A DNA stretch of 64,000 bases from Octopus vulgaris (GCA_951406725.2 OX597831.1:75454001-75518000), one strand, 5' to 3'; shown: positions 22,974 to 37,117, counted from the first letter of the stretch. The notes: generated by a model not told the origin, from the letters alone. Numbers and translations: made by a program.

Positions 22974-23278
22974 TCTGCCTTAGCAAAAGCAGAGGTATTG
23001 TTTTCAGTTAAGTTTCTTTGTTTGTCCGTGGACAAGATATCTCAAGAACCACTGGATGGATTTGGATGAAACTTTCAAGGATGTTTGGCCTCATGACTGG
23101 CACGAACTGATTAGATTTTGGGATCAATCCGTTACCAGACAAGGATTCTGTATTATTTTTCCTGTTTACTTTCAATGAAGTATTACGAGATATTCTCATT
23201 TTAAAAATCATCTCCGGCTAATCGTTGAGAGGATGTTGGTGTTGCCTTGGCGGAGGCTTGCGCTCTCTGATTGCTCTG
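22968..23278 (+). mobile_element. HINE/DINE-like (Helentron-associated) non-autonomous element
   Basis: Begins ATTACCTCTGCCTT...GCAGAGGTATTGTTTTC and ends CCTTGGCGGAGG + GCGCTCTCTGATTGC: subterminal inverted repeats plus a 3' hairpin. Confidence 0.55.
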
Positions 23279-24907
23279 ATTGTTGTTGTTATTGTTATTA
23301 TTGTTATCAAGTTGGTGAGCTGGCAGGATCATTAGCCTGTGGCATAAAATGCTTAGTGGCTTTTCTTCTGGTTCTTTATGTTTTGGGTTTAGATTCTGCC
23401 AAGGTTGACTTGGCCATTCATTCTTTCAGGGTCAGTAGAAGAACTATCAGTCGAGCCCTATGGTCAGTGTAATTGGCTTGTCCCTTCTGCTTAAAATTGC
23501 TAGCCATGTGCCAAAATGACAAAGTGCATAATTTCTCATGTTCATCGATTTTGGTGATGACGCTTTTACTGACTGCAGATAACGATGACACACTTTGAAC
23601 CTCTGTTTCAAATGTAAGGTGTCACCTTAGATAAATTTTCTTACCTACAGCCTTTGTATTCAATAATAGATATTATACTTTGATCTTAGCTAAACGACCG
23701 AGACTAATGCACATGTCACCTGCTGATAAATGATGAGTCATTTGGCTTAAATTGTGTCAGTGATCAGGTTGCAGGAGTATCATGAAACTTGAGTTCAAAT
23801 CCTGCTGTGGTTCCAAATAACAGATCATACTATTCATTGCCATCATCATCATCATCATCATTATCACAACATTCACTTTTCCATACTTGCATGGATTGGA
23901 CAGAATTTGTTGAGGTGAATTTTCAATGGCGGGATGTCACCAACCTCACCAGTTTCCATAAAAGTTAATATTTCCCCTTGATCGCACATGTTTTCATGAA
24001 CGATTGGGAATGAAGTACACTGATTGCATGGTGATGACAGTTCCTTGCAACAGCTATGTGGTGGTCAGCCTGGAGCTGTAACAGGACACATCTTGCCCTT
24101 GCAACATAGAATCCAGTACAACATGTTGCATCATTGTGTCACTGGCGACTAAACTGGCACGTCCACTAGGCTTGCTTGAAACCCAGCAGAGCTGAAAGCA
24201 AGACCTGTCAAAAGGACAGATGGACCTAAGGTAGGTTCATCAACCATCTAGCAATACCACTGGCCTTCAGATTTTCCGAGTTGGTGTCTGGCATGCTGGG
24301 AAGTCTCTGGGAACGAGGCACCCCTTACCGTTTGTTGAAACATGTCTCTATAAGCTGCTTCAAACCCAAGCTACAATGGCTCTGATAATCAATGCTGACT
24401 TGGTCATCATATCCTCTGAGATGGTCAGCGGCTGATGGCAAGATGTGGTGCTATGGATCACATTATCCCTGAGTGTGTACCAATGTGACCAGGGACCACA
24501 AGTGAAATTGTATTCCCACTGAAACTCCAATCATAGTTTTTTGGTTGGAGCCAACTCATCTCCATCTTGGGTAAATGGCACCGAAAGTGCAAGTATGTTC
24601 ACTTTGCCCAAGGTGCCATACAGTGGGACTGAACCTGAGACTACAAGTTTGGGAATCAAATTTCTAAACCATGCAGCTATGCCTTGTGGCCCTGAAAATA
24701 ACTAAGATGACCTCATTAAACGTAAATTTTCATTTTGCTCTGTAATTTATTGTTTGGATGACTAGAACCATGACTTGAACAGATTTTATTACCCGCATCC
24801 CGTAGTCATGGGGATCTTGTGACAACTACTCGCTGCATAATCTAGGTTGTCAGCAGGTATCATAACAAGATCACTATGACTTTGCGATGCGAGCAATAAT
24901 TGAGGTT

Positions 24908-25160
24908 GTAGTAAAGATTGTTTGCCAACATAACATTGCAGTCCTGGTTTAGGACGAATGGTGCTGTAATTTTGCCCCAGGAGACATCGTCTCCAGCTGG
25001 GTATACGACATGATCTGTGCCCTTATATTTTCAAACAAGGGAATCTAGCAAATATAAGCTGGCATATAGCCAGCTGGAGACGATGTCTCCTGGGACTAAA
25101 TTACAGCAACATTAGTCGTAAACCAGGACTGCCATGTTATGTTGGCAAACAATCTTTACT
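24908..25160. repeat. ~250-bp palindromic (MITE-like) element; related shorter copies at 62857-62974 and ~63255-63330
   Basis: GTAGTAAAGATTGTTTGCCAACATAAC... mirrors ...GTTATGTTGGCAAACAATCTTTACTAC. Confidence 0.7.
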
Positions 25161-25306
25161 ACAAAGTACTGTTACTGAATATCTCTCGTGTTGTGAGATT
25201 TAAAAATAGTAAGTTTATAATTGAGATTATTGTCAATATTTTTGTTAAAATATAAACAAAATCGTATTTTATTTTATTTTGATTTTCTTTTTCCCTGTCT
25301 ACCCAG

Positions 25307-25444
25307 GTGTGTTGTTTCAATCCGGTGATTAAACTCAGAGTCCGCTCAGTTTGGAATATGCAAGCCACAAAGTCTGGTCGAATCCTGCTCTTCCTGGAAG
25401 ATATATTCCATTTGAAGGAAGTTGGACCGTTAGCCAATTCTGAG
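25307..25444 (+). CDS. MLYCD: Malonyl-CoA decarboxylase, probable N-terminal exon (VCCFNP...LANSE)
   Basis: Pyrimidine tract + CAG acceptor, GAG|GTGAGT donor, 138 nt, phase 0/0, in frame with the next exon. Poorly conserved region, so assigned from structure only. Confidence 0.6.
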
Positions 25445-25648
25445 GTGAGTTGTTTTGTCTTTATGTTGTTCCTTTTCACAATGTTTTACAATGGGCTCAT
25501 GGTTTGGGGTTCAGTCCCACTGCGTGACACCTGGTCTTTTACTATAGTCCCGGTGCACGTTTGAGTGTGCAGGCATGTACTTATATGTCTGTTTTGTCCA
25601 TGTGTGTCAGTGTGTGTGCTGTGTGTTAGTGATTGTGTGTGTGTGTGC

Positions 25649-25690
<42 letters not shown>

Positions 25691-25905
25691 TTCAAAATAA
25701 AATTCTTTCTTCAGATATTCTTAGACTCCCTCTAAGAATATCTGAAGAAGGAATATTATTCTGAAATATCATTGGACTATGGATGACTAAATTACAACAG
25801 GTATACACAGCCCATTGTCTGCATCATAGTGCATTGTTGTACCATTCAAAACAGTTTTTTCTTTTACAAACAATACACAATGCTTCAAGCGAACTACAAT
25901 ACTCT

Positions 25906-27094
<1,189 letters not shown>

Positions 27095-27124
27095 AAAAAA
27101 GGAGATGTCGAACACGAGTGGTGA

Positions 27125-27330
27125 TATATAAAAAGGAAATGAAGAAAATGCTGACAAATAATTGAAGTAATTTAAGTAATTTAATTAGGTGAATGTTCTT
27201 TTACCGGTTGCGCATTTGTTATGCTTACCATATTTTGATAAGCATAACAAATGCGCAACTGTAAAAGAACATTCACCTAATTAAATTACTTAAATTACTT
27301 CAATTATTTGTCAGCATTTTCTTCATTTCC

Positions 27331-27340
<10 letters not shown>
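27125..27340. repeat. Fold-back inverted repeat (~100-bp arms) with a hammerhead-like U3-A8 motif at its centre (~27232-27267)
   Basis: The arms are reverse complements around CCATATTTTGA; TTGATAA-GCAT(aacaa)ATGC-GCAAC...GTA lies next to the loop. Confidence 0.75.
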
Positions 27341-27419
<79 letters not shown>

Positions 27420-27423
<4 letters not shown>

Positions 27424-27479
27424 CTGAAGAGATGGTGGCGTGGATTTCCACCTCGGCATCCGAAACTCGGAGTTTTATC
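27420..27479 (+). ncRNA. Type I hammerhead ribozyme with canonical core
   Basis: ATAA-CTGAAGA-GATG(...GTGGA tt TCCAC...)CATC-C-GAAA-CTC g GAG-TT-TTAT. Confidence 0.7.
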
Positions 27480-27529
27480 ATGGCTACCGAATAATTGTCA
27501 CATATTACATTTACAGATATATATATATA

Positions 27530-27692
27530 GGCACAGGAGTGGCTATGTGGTAAGTAGCTTGCTAACCAACCACATGGTTCCGGGTTCAGTCCCACTGCGT
27601 GGCATCTTGGGCAAGTGTCTTCTGCTATAGCCCCGGGCCAACAAATGCCTTGTGAGTGGATTTGGTAGACGGAAACTGAAAGAAGCCTGTCG

Positions 27693-27751
<59 letters not shown>

Positions 27752-27960
27752 TTGTGTGTCTGTGTTTGTCCCCCTAGCATTGCTTGACAATCGACGCTGG
27801 TGTGTTTACGTCCCCGTCACTTAGCAGTTCAGCAAAAGAGACTGATAGAATAAGTACTGGGCTTACAAAGAATAAGTCCTGGGGTCAATTTGCCCGACTA
27901 AAGGCGGTGCTCCAGCATGGCCGCAGTCAAATGACTGAAACAAGTAAAAGAGTAAAGAGT
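27530..27960 (+). mobile_element. tRNA-derived CORE-type SINE, full length, with internal (TA)n and a CR1-like tail
   Basis: A/B-box head (TGGCTATGTGG...GGTTCAGTCCC), CORE-like GTGGCATCTTGGGCAAGTG, tail GGCGGTGCTCCAGCATGGCCGCAGTCAAATGACTGAAAC. More than 15 full or partial copies in the window. Confidence 0.85.
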
Positions 27961-28385
27961 AAATATATAAATATATATAAGGATAAGATCGTTAATTTAA
28001 AAATGAAATAACGATCTTATCAAGTGGTCAGCATGGAAAAAATAACCTTCAAAGGTAGTAATTATTAAAATTATAAATTAGGGTATCTACGAGATACCAC
28101 CATGCTGAAAATAGCAGCCATGATCTGACTCTAAAACCACCTTAATTGTCCGTATATCAACACGGAGAGAAAACAAAGAGACAAAATGAAACTAGTAAAA
28201 AATTACTGGATAATTCTAGATCCTGAGGCACAGGTGTGGCTGTTAGGTAAGAAGTTTGCTTTCCAACCACATGGTTCTGGGTTCAGGCCCACTGCATGGC
28301 ATCTTGGGCAAGTGTCTTCTCCTATAGCTTCAAGCTGACCAAAGCCTTGTGAGTGGATATGATAGGCAGAAACTGGAAGAAGCCC

Positions 28386-28417
<32 letters not shown>

Positions 28418-28444
28418 GTATGTATGTGTGTGTGTATATATATA

Positions 28445-28508
<64 letters not shown>

Positions 28509-28900
28509 CATATCATCATCATCATCTAGTGTTTTAAATCTGGGTTTTGTCCCCGTTAACAGGGGTGGTCAGATGTACCTCAATGCCATAACAACTGAGG
28601 TAGGCAGTTGCAGCCCACCCAAACCTTTGCTATCATGAGGCTTTTTTGGAGCTGGATTTTCTACAGGGAGCAGGCCCTTGCTTACCACCAACCTCAGTTT
28701 CTAGACATGAGTGGTCCCAAGACCAAGGCTTTACCATGATTTTTAAGAAATGTGGTGGAAAACTAGCTCAGTAAGGCAGGGACGCTTCTCCCTGAGACCC
28801 ATTTCAGAGCCTCCCCTCCCATTTATATATATACATATCTATATGTATATACCTGTATATGTATATACCTATATATGTATATATTTCTGTGTGTGTGTGT

Positions 28901-29133
28901 CTTATTTCTTTATTGCCCACAAGGGGCTAAACATAGAGGGGACAAACAAGGACAGACAAAGGGATTAAGTCGATTAGATCGACCCCAGTGCGTAACTGGT
29001 ACTTAATTTATCGACCCCGAAAGGATGAAAGGCAAAGTCGACCTCGGCGGAATTTGAACTCAGAACGTAGCGGCAGACGAAATACAGCTATGCATTTCGC
29101 CCGGCGTGCTAACGATTCTGCTAGTTCGCTGCC
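28901..29133 (-). mobile_element. tRNA-derived SINE with Nin-like central domain and Tx1-like tail
   Basis: Head GGCAGCGAACTAGCAGAATCG...GAGTTCAAATTCC, body CTTTGCCTTTCATCCTTTCGGGGTCGATAAATTAAGTACCAG, tail TTTAGCCCCTTGTGGGCAATAAAG. Confidence 0.85.
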
Positions 29134-29665
29134 TTCTGTGTGTGTGTTTGTGTGTACCTTGGTGTGTGCATGTATATGAGCTTGTGAGTGTGTTTGTATG
29201 TGTGTGTTGATGTTTGGCATGCATTGGTGTTTATATATATATATCTGTATACATTGGTATGTGTGTATGCGTATGAGTTGTGTGTGTCAGTGTGTGTGTG
29301 TGTTGGTGTTTATAAATATGTCTGTGTCTGTACCTCATGTATGCTTGTGTGCACGTGTGTGTGTGTGTGCATGCATGTGCATGTATGTGTGTGCATGTGT
29401 GTATGTGTGCATGTGCATGCAAGTGTGTGTGTGTGTGTGTGCACATGCATGTGTGTACATAAAGAGGAGAACAATGGTTTTTTTGCTAAAGTATTCCATT
29501 GTTCTTTTAACATTTTAAAGGGAACGATGCTGTGACTTGTATGTAACAAGCGACCTTGTGACACAGTTTGTGCCATTGTGCTTCGTTATCTGAAGTGATT
29601 AATTGAAGCAATTGAAACAGAGCGTACAAACACACACACATTTGTGTGGTAGATCTCTGTTATTC

Positions 29666-29896
29666 GGCGGTGAGCTGGCAGAAACGTTAGCACGCTGGGC
29701 GAAATGCTTAGCTGTATTTCGTCTGCCGCTACGTTCTGAGTTCAAATTCCGCCGAGGTCCACTTTGCCTTTCATCCTTTCAGGGTCGATAAATTAAGTAC
29801 CAGTTACACACTGGGGTCGATGTAATCAACTTAATCTCTTTGTCTGTCCTTGTTTGTCACCTCTGTGTTTAGCCCCTTGTGGGTAGTAAAGAAATA
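29666..29896 (+). mobile_element. Same SINE, full length, with a 15-bp TSD AGATCTCTGTTATTC
   Basis: TSD copies at 29651-29665 and 29897-29911. Confidence 0.9.
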
Positions 29897-30105
29897 AGAT
29901 CTCTGTTATTCGACGATGGGCAGCCAGCTGTTGATTCACCTGAATTACCTGTAATTTGTTACATTGTAACCCACCCTCACTGTGTGTTACTCTTTGTTAC
30001 ATTCTCCTTTCTTATGACGCTCATTTATTTCTGTTGTGTCGTGTCATATTGTACTTCCTAATTAATTGCAGTGTTACATAGAATCATTTGAACCCTTTTC
30101 ATACC

Positions 30106-30336
30106 TATTTCTTTACTACCCACAAGGGGCTAAACACAGAGAGGACAAACAAGGACAGATACACGGATTAAGTCGATTATATCGACCCCAGTGCGTAACT
30201 GGTACTTATTTAATCGACCCCGAAAGGATGAAAGGCAAAGTCGACCTCGGCGGAATTTGAACTCAGAACGTAACTGCAGACGAAATACGGCTACGCATTT
30301 CGCCCGGTGTGCTAACTATTCTGCCAGCTCACCGCC
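30106..30336 (-). mobile_element. Same SINE, full length, with a ~12-bp TSD CCTTTTCATACC
   Basis: TSD copies at 30094-30105 and 30335-30346. Confidence 0.85.
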
Positions 30337-30842
30337 TTTTCATACCGATGCCCTTCTCAGGGTATGTCCCTGTGTGTATTGCAGCATCATCGTCCCAGAT
30401 GTGGAAACGGTTCTCCAGCATCAATCAGAAGATAATTTATCAGTTAGCTCAAATGTTTATCCATCAACATCATCATCATCATCATCATACATCCATTTTC
30501 CATGCTGGCGTTAGCTAAAACAGTTTGACAGGGGTTGGCAAGACTGGAGACCTGCACCAGGTTCCAGTCTGTTTTGGCTTGGTTTCCACGGCTGGATGCC
30601 CTTCTTCCTAATGCCAACCACTACATAGAATGTACTGGATGCCTTGTACATGTCAGCTGGATGAAATACTTAGCGGTAGTTTACCTGCCGCTACACTCTG
30701 ATTTCAAATTCCGCTGAGGTTGACTTTGCTTTTCATCCTTTCGGAGTCGATAAATTAAGTACCAGTTAAGTACTCTGGCAGATGTGATCAACTGTCCCCC
30801 TCCCCTCAAAATTCAGGCCTTGTGCCTCTAGTAAAAAGGATG

Positions 30843-30892
<50 letters not shown>

Positions 30893-30904
30893 TATTATTA
30901 TTAT

Positions 30905-31066
30905 TGCCTTTGCACAGCTTCTAACGCTGGAGATGTACTATGGTGTCAGCTGTTCACTACTGGTGAACTAAGGTAACACCCCTTATTTTTCGAGCACCTT
31001 CCGGTGTATTTGAGCGGTTCCAAGTAGTGCTGTTTTCTGCAAGTGCTCCACCTTTATTGCAGCCCC

Positions 31067-31099
<33 letters not shown>

Positions 31100-31450
31100 C
31101 ATTCAGTAGTTTTATTATTATTATTATTATTCAGTAGTTTTATTTTTATAACAAGCTTTCACTTCACTACCGAGCGCAGCTCTGTGTGCCTTGGCTATGT
31201 GCTGTGGTTTGTTGTGATGCTCTTACAGTTACTTTATTGAAAGTGTTCTGCGTAGGATGTGTGCAGTGCCCAGTAGTCCAATTTTCTGTATGTTGTATAT
31301 ATTTGTAAGTCCTGGTGTTTTTTTGTTATGTATTTGTCTGAATATTTTTTTATTATACCTAATGCGCCTACTATGACAGGAATTGTTTCTGTTTTTAGAT
31401 TCCACATTCTGTTTACCTCTATTTCCAGGTCTTTGTATTTTGAAAGTTTC
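30905..31450 (-). mobile_element. Tandem 3' fragments of R4/Dong-like (REL endonuclease) retrotransposons in (TAA)n
   Basis: Minus strand: KYKDLEIEVNRMWNLKTETIPVIVGALG...IQKIGLLGTAHILRRTL, and a second LQKTALLGTAQI fragment; (TAA)n on both sides. A similar fragment lies at ~48420-48630. Confidence 0.75.
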
Positions 31451-31797
31451 TATTATTATTATTATTATTTTTCTGATTACTATGACTACTACTACTATTA
31501 TTATTATTTTACCCCAAATTGGCCCTAATCAAGAAAATCCATGATCAAGAATATCTGCACCATGACCATCCTGAGTTTTCTTTCATGCAAAGTTTACCTA
31601 AGACTACATTGTCTGATGTGTTTTACCGTATTTAAGACAGCAGATTTTTAACGTGAGGAAGTTTTGGCTGTAGATTGATTGAGCGATCATGTACACGCTA
31701 CGGTCGTTGGCTCCTGTTTTTCTTGTTTTGAAACCTGCAGTTTGGTAAGACGTGGCATTCCAATTGGTTAAAGCTGCCTTTGTTTCTGTTTCTTCAG

Positions 31798-31938
31798 AGA
31801 AAATGTAAAGCCTTTTGCACGTTCTATGAGAAGCTGATGCCCCAAGAGAAGAGTGTATTTCTTCAGATTCTATCTCGAGATTATGGTATAAATCAGGAAC
31901 TAGTGATGAAAACATCAAGGAACTTCATAAGTTCCAAG
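31798..31938 (+). CDS. MLYCD: Malonyl-CoA decarboxylase exon (RKCKAFCTFY...FLQILSRDYGINQ...SSK)
   Basis: TTCAG acceptor, AAG|GTATGT donor, 141 nt, phase 0/0; resembles the MCD N-terminal helical domain. Confidence 0.85.
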
Positions 31939-32311
31939 GTATGTATAGCTTTCAGCTTTAATTTTAAGAATCACACACACACACATACACTCATGCGCAC
32001 ACACTCATGGCTGTGTGGTTAAGCAACTCGATTTGCAACCATGTTTCAAGTTCAGTCCCACTACACAGTACCTTGAGCAAGTGTCTTCTACTATGGTTCT
32101 GGGTCAACCAATGCTGTATGAGTGAATCTGGTAGATAGATGCTGTTTGCATAAAGGCATCAAGCAATCTGCCTTTCCCTCTGAGAGAGAGGGCCTTTGTT
32201 GCCAGCAGGGGTAGGACCTACCTGAACTTTGCTCTATACGTATATGTATGTATGTATATATGTGTGTGTGTGTATGTATATATATATGTATATATGTGTG
32301 TGTGTATGTAT

Positions 32312-32350
<39 letters not shown>

Positions 32351-32351
<1 letters not shown>

Positions 32352-32491
32352 TTTATTTAAAGCAGCAGAAAATTCAACAAAACCTGTTACTCTGAGTTTT
32401 CCGTTGCCGTTCAGCAAAAACTGTCCGATGAACGGCAACGGGAAATTCAGAGTAACAGGTTTTGTTGAATTTTCTGCTGCTTTAAATAAAG
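32351..32491. repeat. Fold-back repeat containing a C4-variant hammerhead motif (32421-32458, +); homologue at 59590-59732
   Basis: CTGT-CCGATGA-ACG(gcaa)CGG-GAAA-TTC a GAG-TA-ACAG. Confidence 0.65.
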
Positions 32492-32587
32492 CATATTACT
32501 CTACCACTGGTATTTGAGTACTCTTTTTTCCACCTTGTTTCACATTTATGTGTTCACTCCGGTATATATATATGATGATGATGATGA

Positions 32588-32635
<48 letters not shown>

Positions 32636-32744
32636 ATGTATATATATGTATGTGTATGTATATATATATGTGTGTCTGTATATATATGTATGTGTCTGTA
32701 TATATATGTATGTGTATGTATATATATGTATAAATATATGTATA

Positions 32745-32787
<43 letters not shown>

Positions 32788-32790
<3 letters not shown>

Positions 32791-33453
32791 AAAGTTGGTT
32801 TGTGAAAGCACGTGGGTGAATATATAGAAAATAGTAAAGAGTGAAAAAACTACAGAAGGCTTAAATGTTAAAAAATATATATATTTGCGTCAATATGTCT
32901 GAAGAATATTAGAAAATTTAAAAAAAAATTTCTTCTCTTATAATGACATAATTTAAAAGAAAGACCGGTTTCGCGTGTAGCTTTTCAAATTTCTTGCGAC
33001 GTTATGTTTATGTTGAATAGAGTTTTCGTTATGTTTATGATCAGGAGAGTTCTAAATAAGGGAAGGTAGTGAGTGATTTCTTCCGGTGTAAGGGAGATAA
33101 TCGCTTAAAAATGTTTTCCTTTCCCTTGGTGTGAATTTCTCTGTATCAGTATGTTCGGATGGTTGAGTCTGGGCTTGTACTTTTCAATGAAGAATGTTTC
33201 CTTGTTTAGTCTAATTTGTGTTGATGATCCGAAAGCACATTGGTAAAATGGAAAGATTAAAAATTGTGGTAGTAGTTGCTTTGCGCATTTCTCAATGTGC
33301 TCACTAAAAGGTATCATTCTATATTCTGGGAATGCAATCTGTTGTCGATGCAGTGTGCATCTACGTCTGAGTGATAGTCCCGTGGAACCCACGTAGTCTT
33401 GGTGGCAGCCCGAGCATTTTATGACATAAATTATGTTTTCAGAGGCACAAGTA
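32788..33453 (-). mobile_element. 5'-truncated Penelope-like element: GIY-YIG endonuclease and 3' pLTR with a hammerhead motif (32957-32995)
   Basis: ORF 33105..33557: CASENIIYVIKCSGCHQDYVGSTG.SLRRR..LHRQQI...FSEHIEKC...RLNKETFFIEKYKPRLN; inserted in (TA)n. Confidence 0.85.
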
Positions 33454-33454
33454 A

Positions 33455-33491
<37 letters not shown>

Positions 33492-34747
33492 TATACATAT
33501 ATATACAACGGGCTTTCTGGTTTTTATAGCAAAGTGTTTGCTGCTGTGTTCAAACAATGGCTATAAATCAAAGGGAGAGAGAATGATTTGATTGCTTTTA
33601 TTTTGTGAATCCGTTTCTGCTTCATGCATCATCATCATCATCGTTTTAACATCCACTTTTCCATGCTTGAATGAATCAGATTTTCATTGGTTAGATGTCC
33701 TTCTTGTCACTGACCCTCGTTTGTATATCTTTTAATTATTTAAGTACATTTAATAATTGTTTAAATTTAGAGATGACGACCCCTGGTCCAAGAAAAAAAA
33801 AAGAGAACCCTTGGAATCTAAATATTATATTTATAGGTGCAGGAGTGACTGTGTAATAAGTAGCTTGCTTACCAACCACATGGTTCCGGGTTCGTCCCCA
33901 CTACTATAGCTTTGGGCCAACCAAAGCTTTGTGAATGGATTTGGAAGACAGAAACTGAAAGAAGCCTGTCGTATATATATATATATATATATGTTTGTTT
34001 GTCCCCCCCACCTTTGCTTGACAACCAATGTTGGTGTGTTTACTTCCCTGCAAATTAGCGGTTTGGCAAAAGAGACACCGGTATAAGAATGCAAAAAAAG
34101 ACTGTAGTTTGAAATTTCTTAGAAAATACAAGAATACCATTGATTTTCGAGAACCTTTGGGTTCCAAAGACTTTTCAGAATGCTCTCTTTTATTTCTTTC
34201 AGTCATTTGACTGTGGCCCTGCTGGAGCACCACCTTTAGTCAAACAAATCAACCCCAGGATTTATTCTTTGTAAGCCCAGTACTTATTCTATCAGTCTCT
34301 TTTGCTGAACCTCTAAGTTATGGGAATGTAAACACACCAATGTCTGTTGTCAAGCGATGGTGTGAGGGACAGACACATACATACATGTATGTATGTATGT
34401 ATGCATGGCAACTTGGGCAAGTGTCTTCTACTATAGCCTTGGGCCGAGCAAACCCTTGTGGGTCAATTTGGTAGACAGAAACTAAAAAGAAGCCCATCAT
34501 TCATTCATACATGCATGCATGCATGTATGAATGAATGAATGAATGAATGAATGATGGGCTTCTTTTTAGTTTCCGTCTACCAAATTGACTCACAAGGGTT
34601 TGCTCGGCCCAAGGCTATAGTAGAAGACACTTGCCCAAGGTGCCATGCAGTGGGACTGAACCTGGAACCATGTGTACTATATGTGTATGTTTATTATATG
34701 TATTTGTGTATTTATATGTATACCTGTTCTGTTTCTCTTCTCTACAG

Positions 34748-34885
34748 ACATCTGAACTCAGTTTATTGAAAGCTGGGGAAATGCTGCGCAATGCCCTCAC
34801 TCCGCAGTACAAGCAACTGTTTGTCAATATTGGTCGTATTGAAGGTGGCGTGAAATTCCTGGTTGATTTACGAGGGGATGTTTTG
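34748..34885 (+). CDS. MLYCD: Malonyl-CoA decarboxylase exon (TSELSLLKAGEMLRNALTPQY...GGVKFLVDLRGDVL)
   Basis: TACAG acceptor, TTG|GTAAGT donor, 138 nt; contains the MCD GGV.FLV.LR.D motif. Confidence 0.93.
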
Positions 34886-36691
34886 GTAAGTCTACTAAAA
34901 ATTTGGTTTCAGTTATTCTCTTATATAATTCCTTCATAGAAATAACATTCATTTATTTTTTCCCATCTTGAATCTTTTTTGGAACTAGTGAATTGTTTTT
35001 TTTGTCGTGTGAGGGTGACATGTAAAAAGCACCATAAGAATGTGGTCGATGCTAGTACCACCTGACTGGCTCCTGTGCCAGTGGCAGATACCAGTGTGAT
35101 GCAAATTGGCACCCATGCTGGTGGCACATAAAGGCACCCTAGTGTCGTGCAAATGGCACCCGTGTCAGTGGCATGTAAAAGCACCCATTACACTCTTAGA
35201 GTGGTTGGCGTTAGGAAGGGCATCCAGGCTGTAGAAAACTTGCTGGCCTTGTGCCTGAATTTGAAACCAATATTTCAGAGAAATTTTAAAATGTCAAAAA
35301 AAAAAGAAACTAAAACAAAAAAAAATCAATACCCCCCAATACAAACTATTTTTTATTTTTCATGGACAGTGGTTGGGTGCATCTTATCGATTTATTGGTA
35401 CAATGTACACACAGCTGTGGGAGGTCTGATTTTATCTATCTGAAAAGGTTTCCAGGAATCTAATCTGTGTGGTCGTTGCGGCTGCTGTTCTTGCTCAGAC
35501 TCAAAATTACTGAATCCGTTGATTGTATTGTGCTTTCTTTGTTTTTTTTTTTATTCTGTAGCCACAGTCTTCACTATATTACATTATTCAATGTGTTCTT
35601 CTGTTTTTGTGATTTGAGGGAGCTTTCACTGTTATTTCTACCTTGTTGAACAACCATGTAGAAGCTTTTGCATTTTAACAGTTTTTTTTTTTCAAATTCA
35701 TTTTTATACTTTATAACTCCATATATATATGTGTGTGTGTATTTATATATATATATATCATCATCATCATCATTGTTTAACGTCTGCTTTCCATGCTAGC
35801 ATGGGTTGGACGGTTCAACTGGGGTCTGGGAAGCCTGAAGGCTGCACCAGGCCAGTCAGATCTTCCTAATGCCAACCACTCTGTGAGTGTAGAGGGTGCT
35901 TTTTATGTGCCACCGACACAGGTGCCAGACAAGGCTGGCGAACGGCCATGCTCGGATGGTGTTTTCTGTTTTTTATGTGCCACCGGCACGGAGGCCAGGC
36001 GAGGCTGGCACGGCCACGATCGGATGGTGTTTGTTACGTGCCACCAGCACAGTGGCCAGTCGATACAGTACTGGCTACGGCCTCATTCGGATGGTTTTCT
36101 TATGTGCCACCGGCACTGGTACCACAAAACTACAAATTCCATTGATGTTCATCGATTTTGATTTGATTTTCACTTGCCTCAACAGGTCTTCACAAGTAGA
36201 GTTATATGTCCCAAGAAAGAAGGTATGCACAGGTGGACTGACTACGTCCCAGGTAGGGGCCATGGGTTATGGCCTCACTTGTCCTGCCGGGTCTGTTTTC
36301 CATGCTGGCATGGGTTGAGCAGTTCAACTGGGGTCTGGGAAGCCAGGAGGCTGCACCAGGCTCCTGTCTGATCTCGCAAAGTTTCTACAGCTGGATGCCC
36401 TTCCTAACACCAACCACTCTGACAGTGTAGTGGGTGCATTTTACGTGCCACTGGCACAGGGGCCAGAAGAGCTGGCATTGACCACAATCAGATGGTGTGG
36501 GGGTTTAGCCCGCAGGTGATCTAAACGATTAGGTACTCCAGGTAAGTGCTGTAATTGATTACTGGGGCTCCAAGGTTATAGCCAAGATGGTAGTTATGGA
36601 GCCATTGCAGATTTCCGATATAGTGGACATATAATTGTTAAACAGGACATCAAACGGTAAGGCAAGGCAAACATCTCAATACAATATTATT

Positions 36692-36911
36692 ACTCTCTTT
36701 TACTTGTTTTAGTCATTTGACTGCGGCCATGCTGGAGCACTGCCTTTTAATCGAGCAACTTGACCCCGGGACTTATTCTTTTGTAATCCCAGTACTTATT
36801 CTATCGGTCTCTTTTGCTGAACCGCTATGTAACGGGGACATAAACACACCAGCATCGGTTGTCAAGCAATGCTAGAGGGACAAACACAGACACACAAACA
36901 CACACGCACAA

Positions 36912-36954
<43 letters not shown>

Positions 36955-37117
36955 CGACAGACTTCTTTCAGTTTCCGTCTACCAAATCCACTCACAAGGC
37001 TTTGGTCGGCCCGAGGCTATAGTAGAAGACACATGCCCAAGGTGCCATGCAGTGGGACTGAACCCGGAACCATGTGGTTGGTAGACAAGCTACTTACCAC
37101 ACAGCCACTCCTGCGCC
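36692..37117 (-). mobile_element. CORE-type SINE, full length
   Basis: Reverse complement of the 27530-27960 family. Others at 43980-44366, 52410-52770, 58916-59252 and 63738-64000. Confidence 0.85.
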
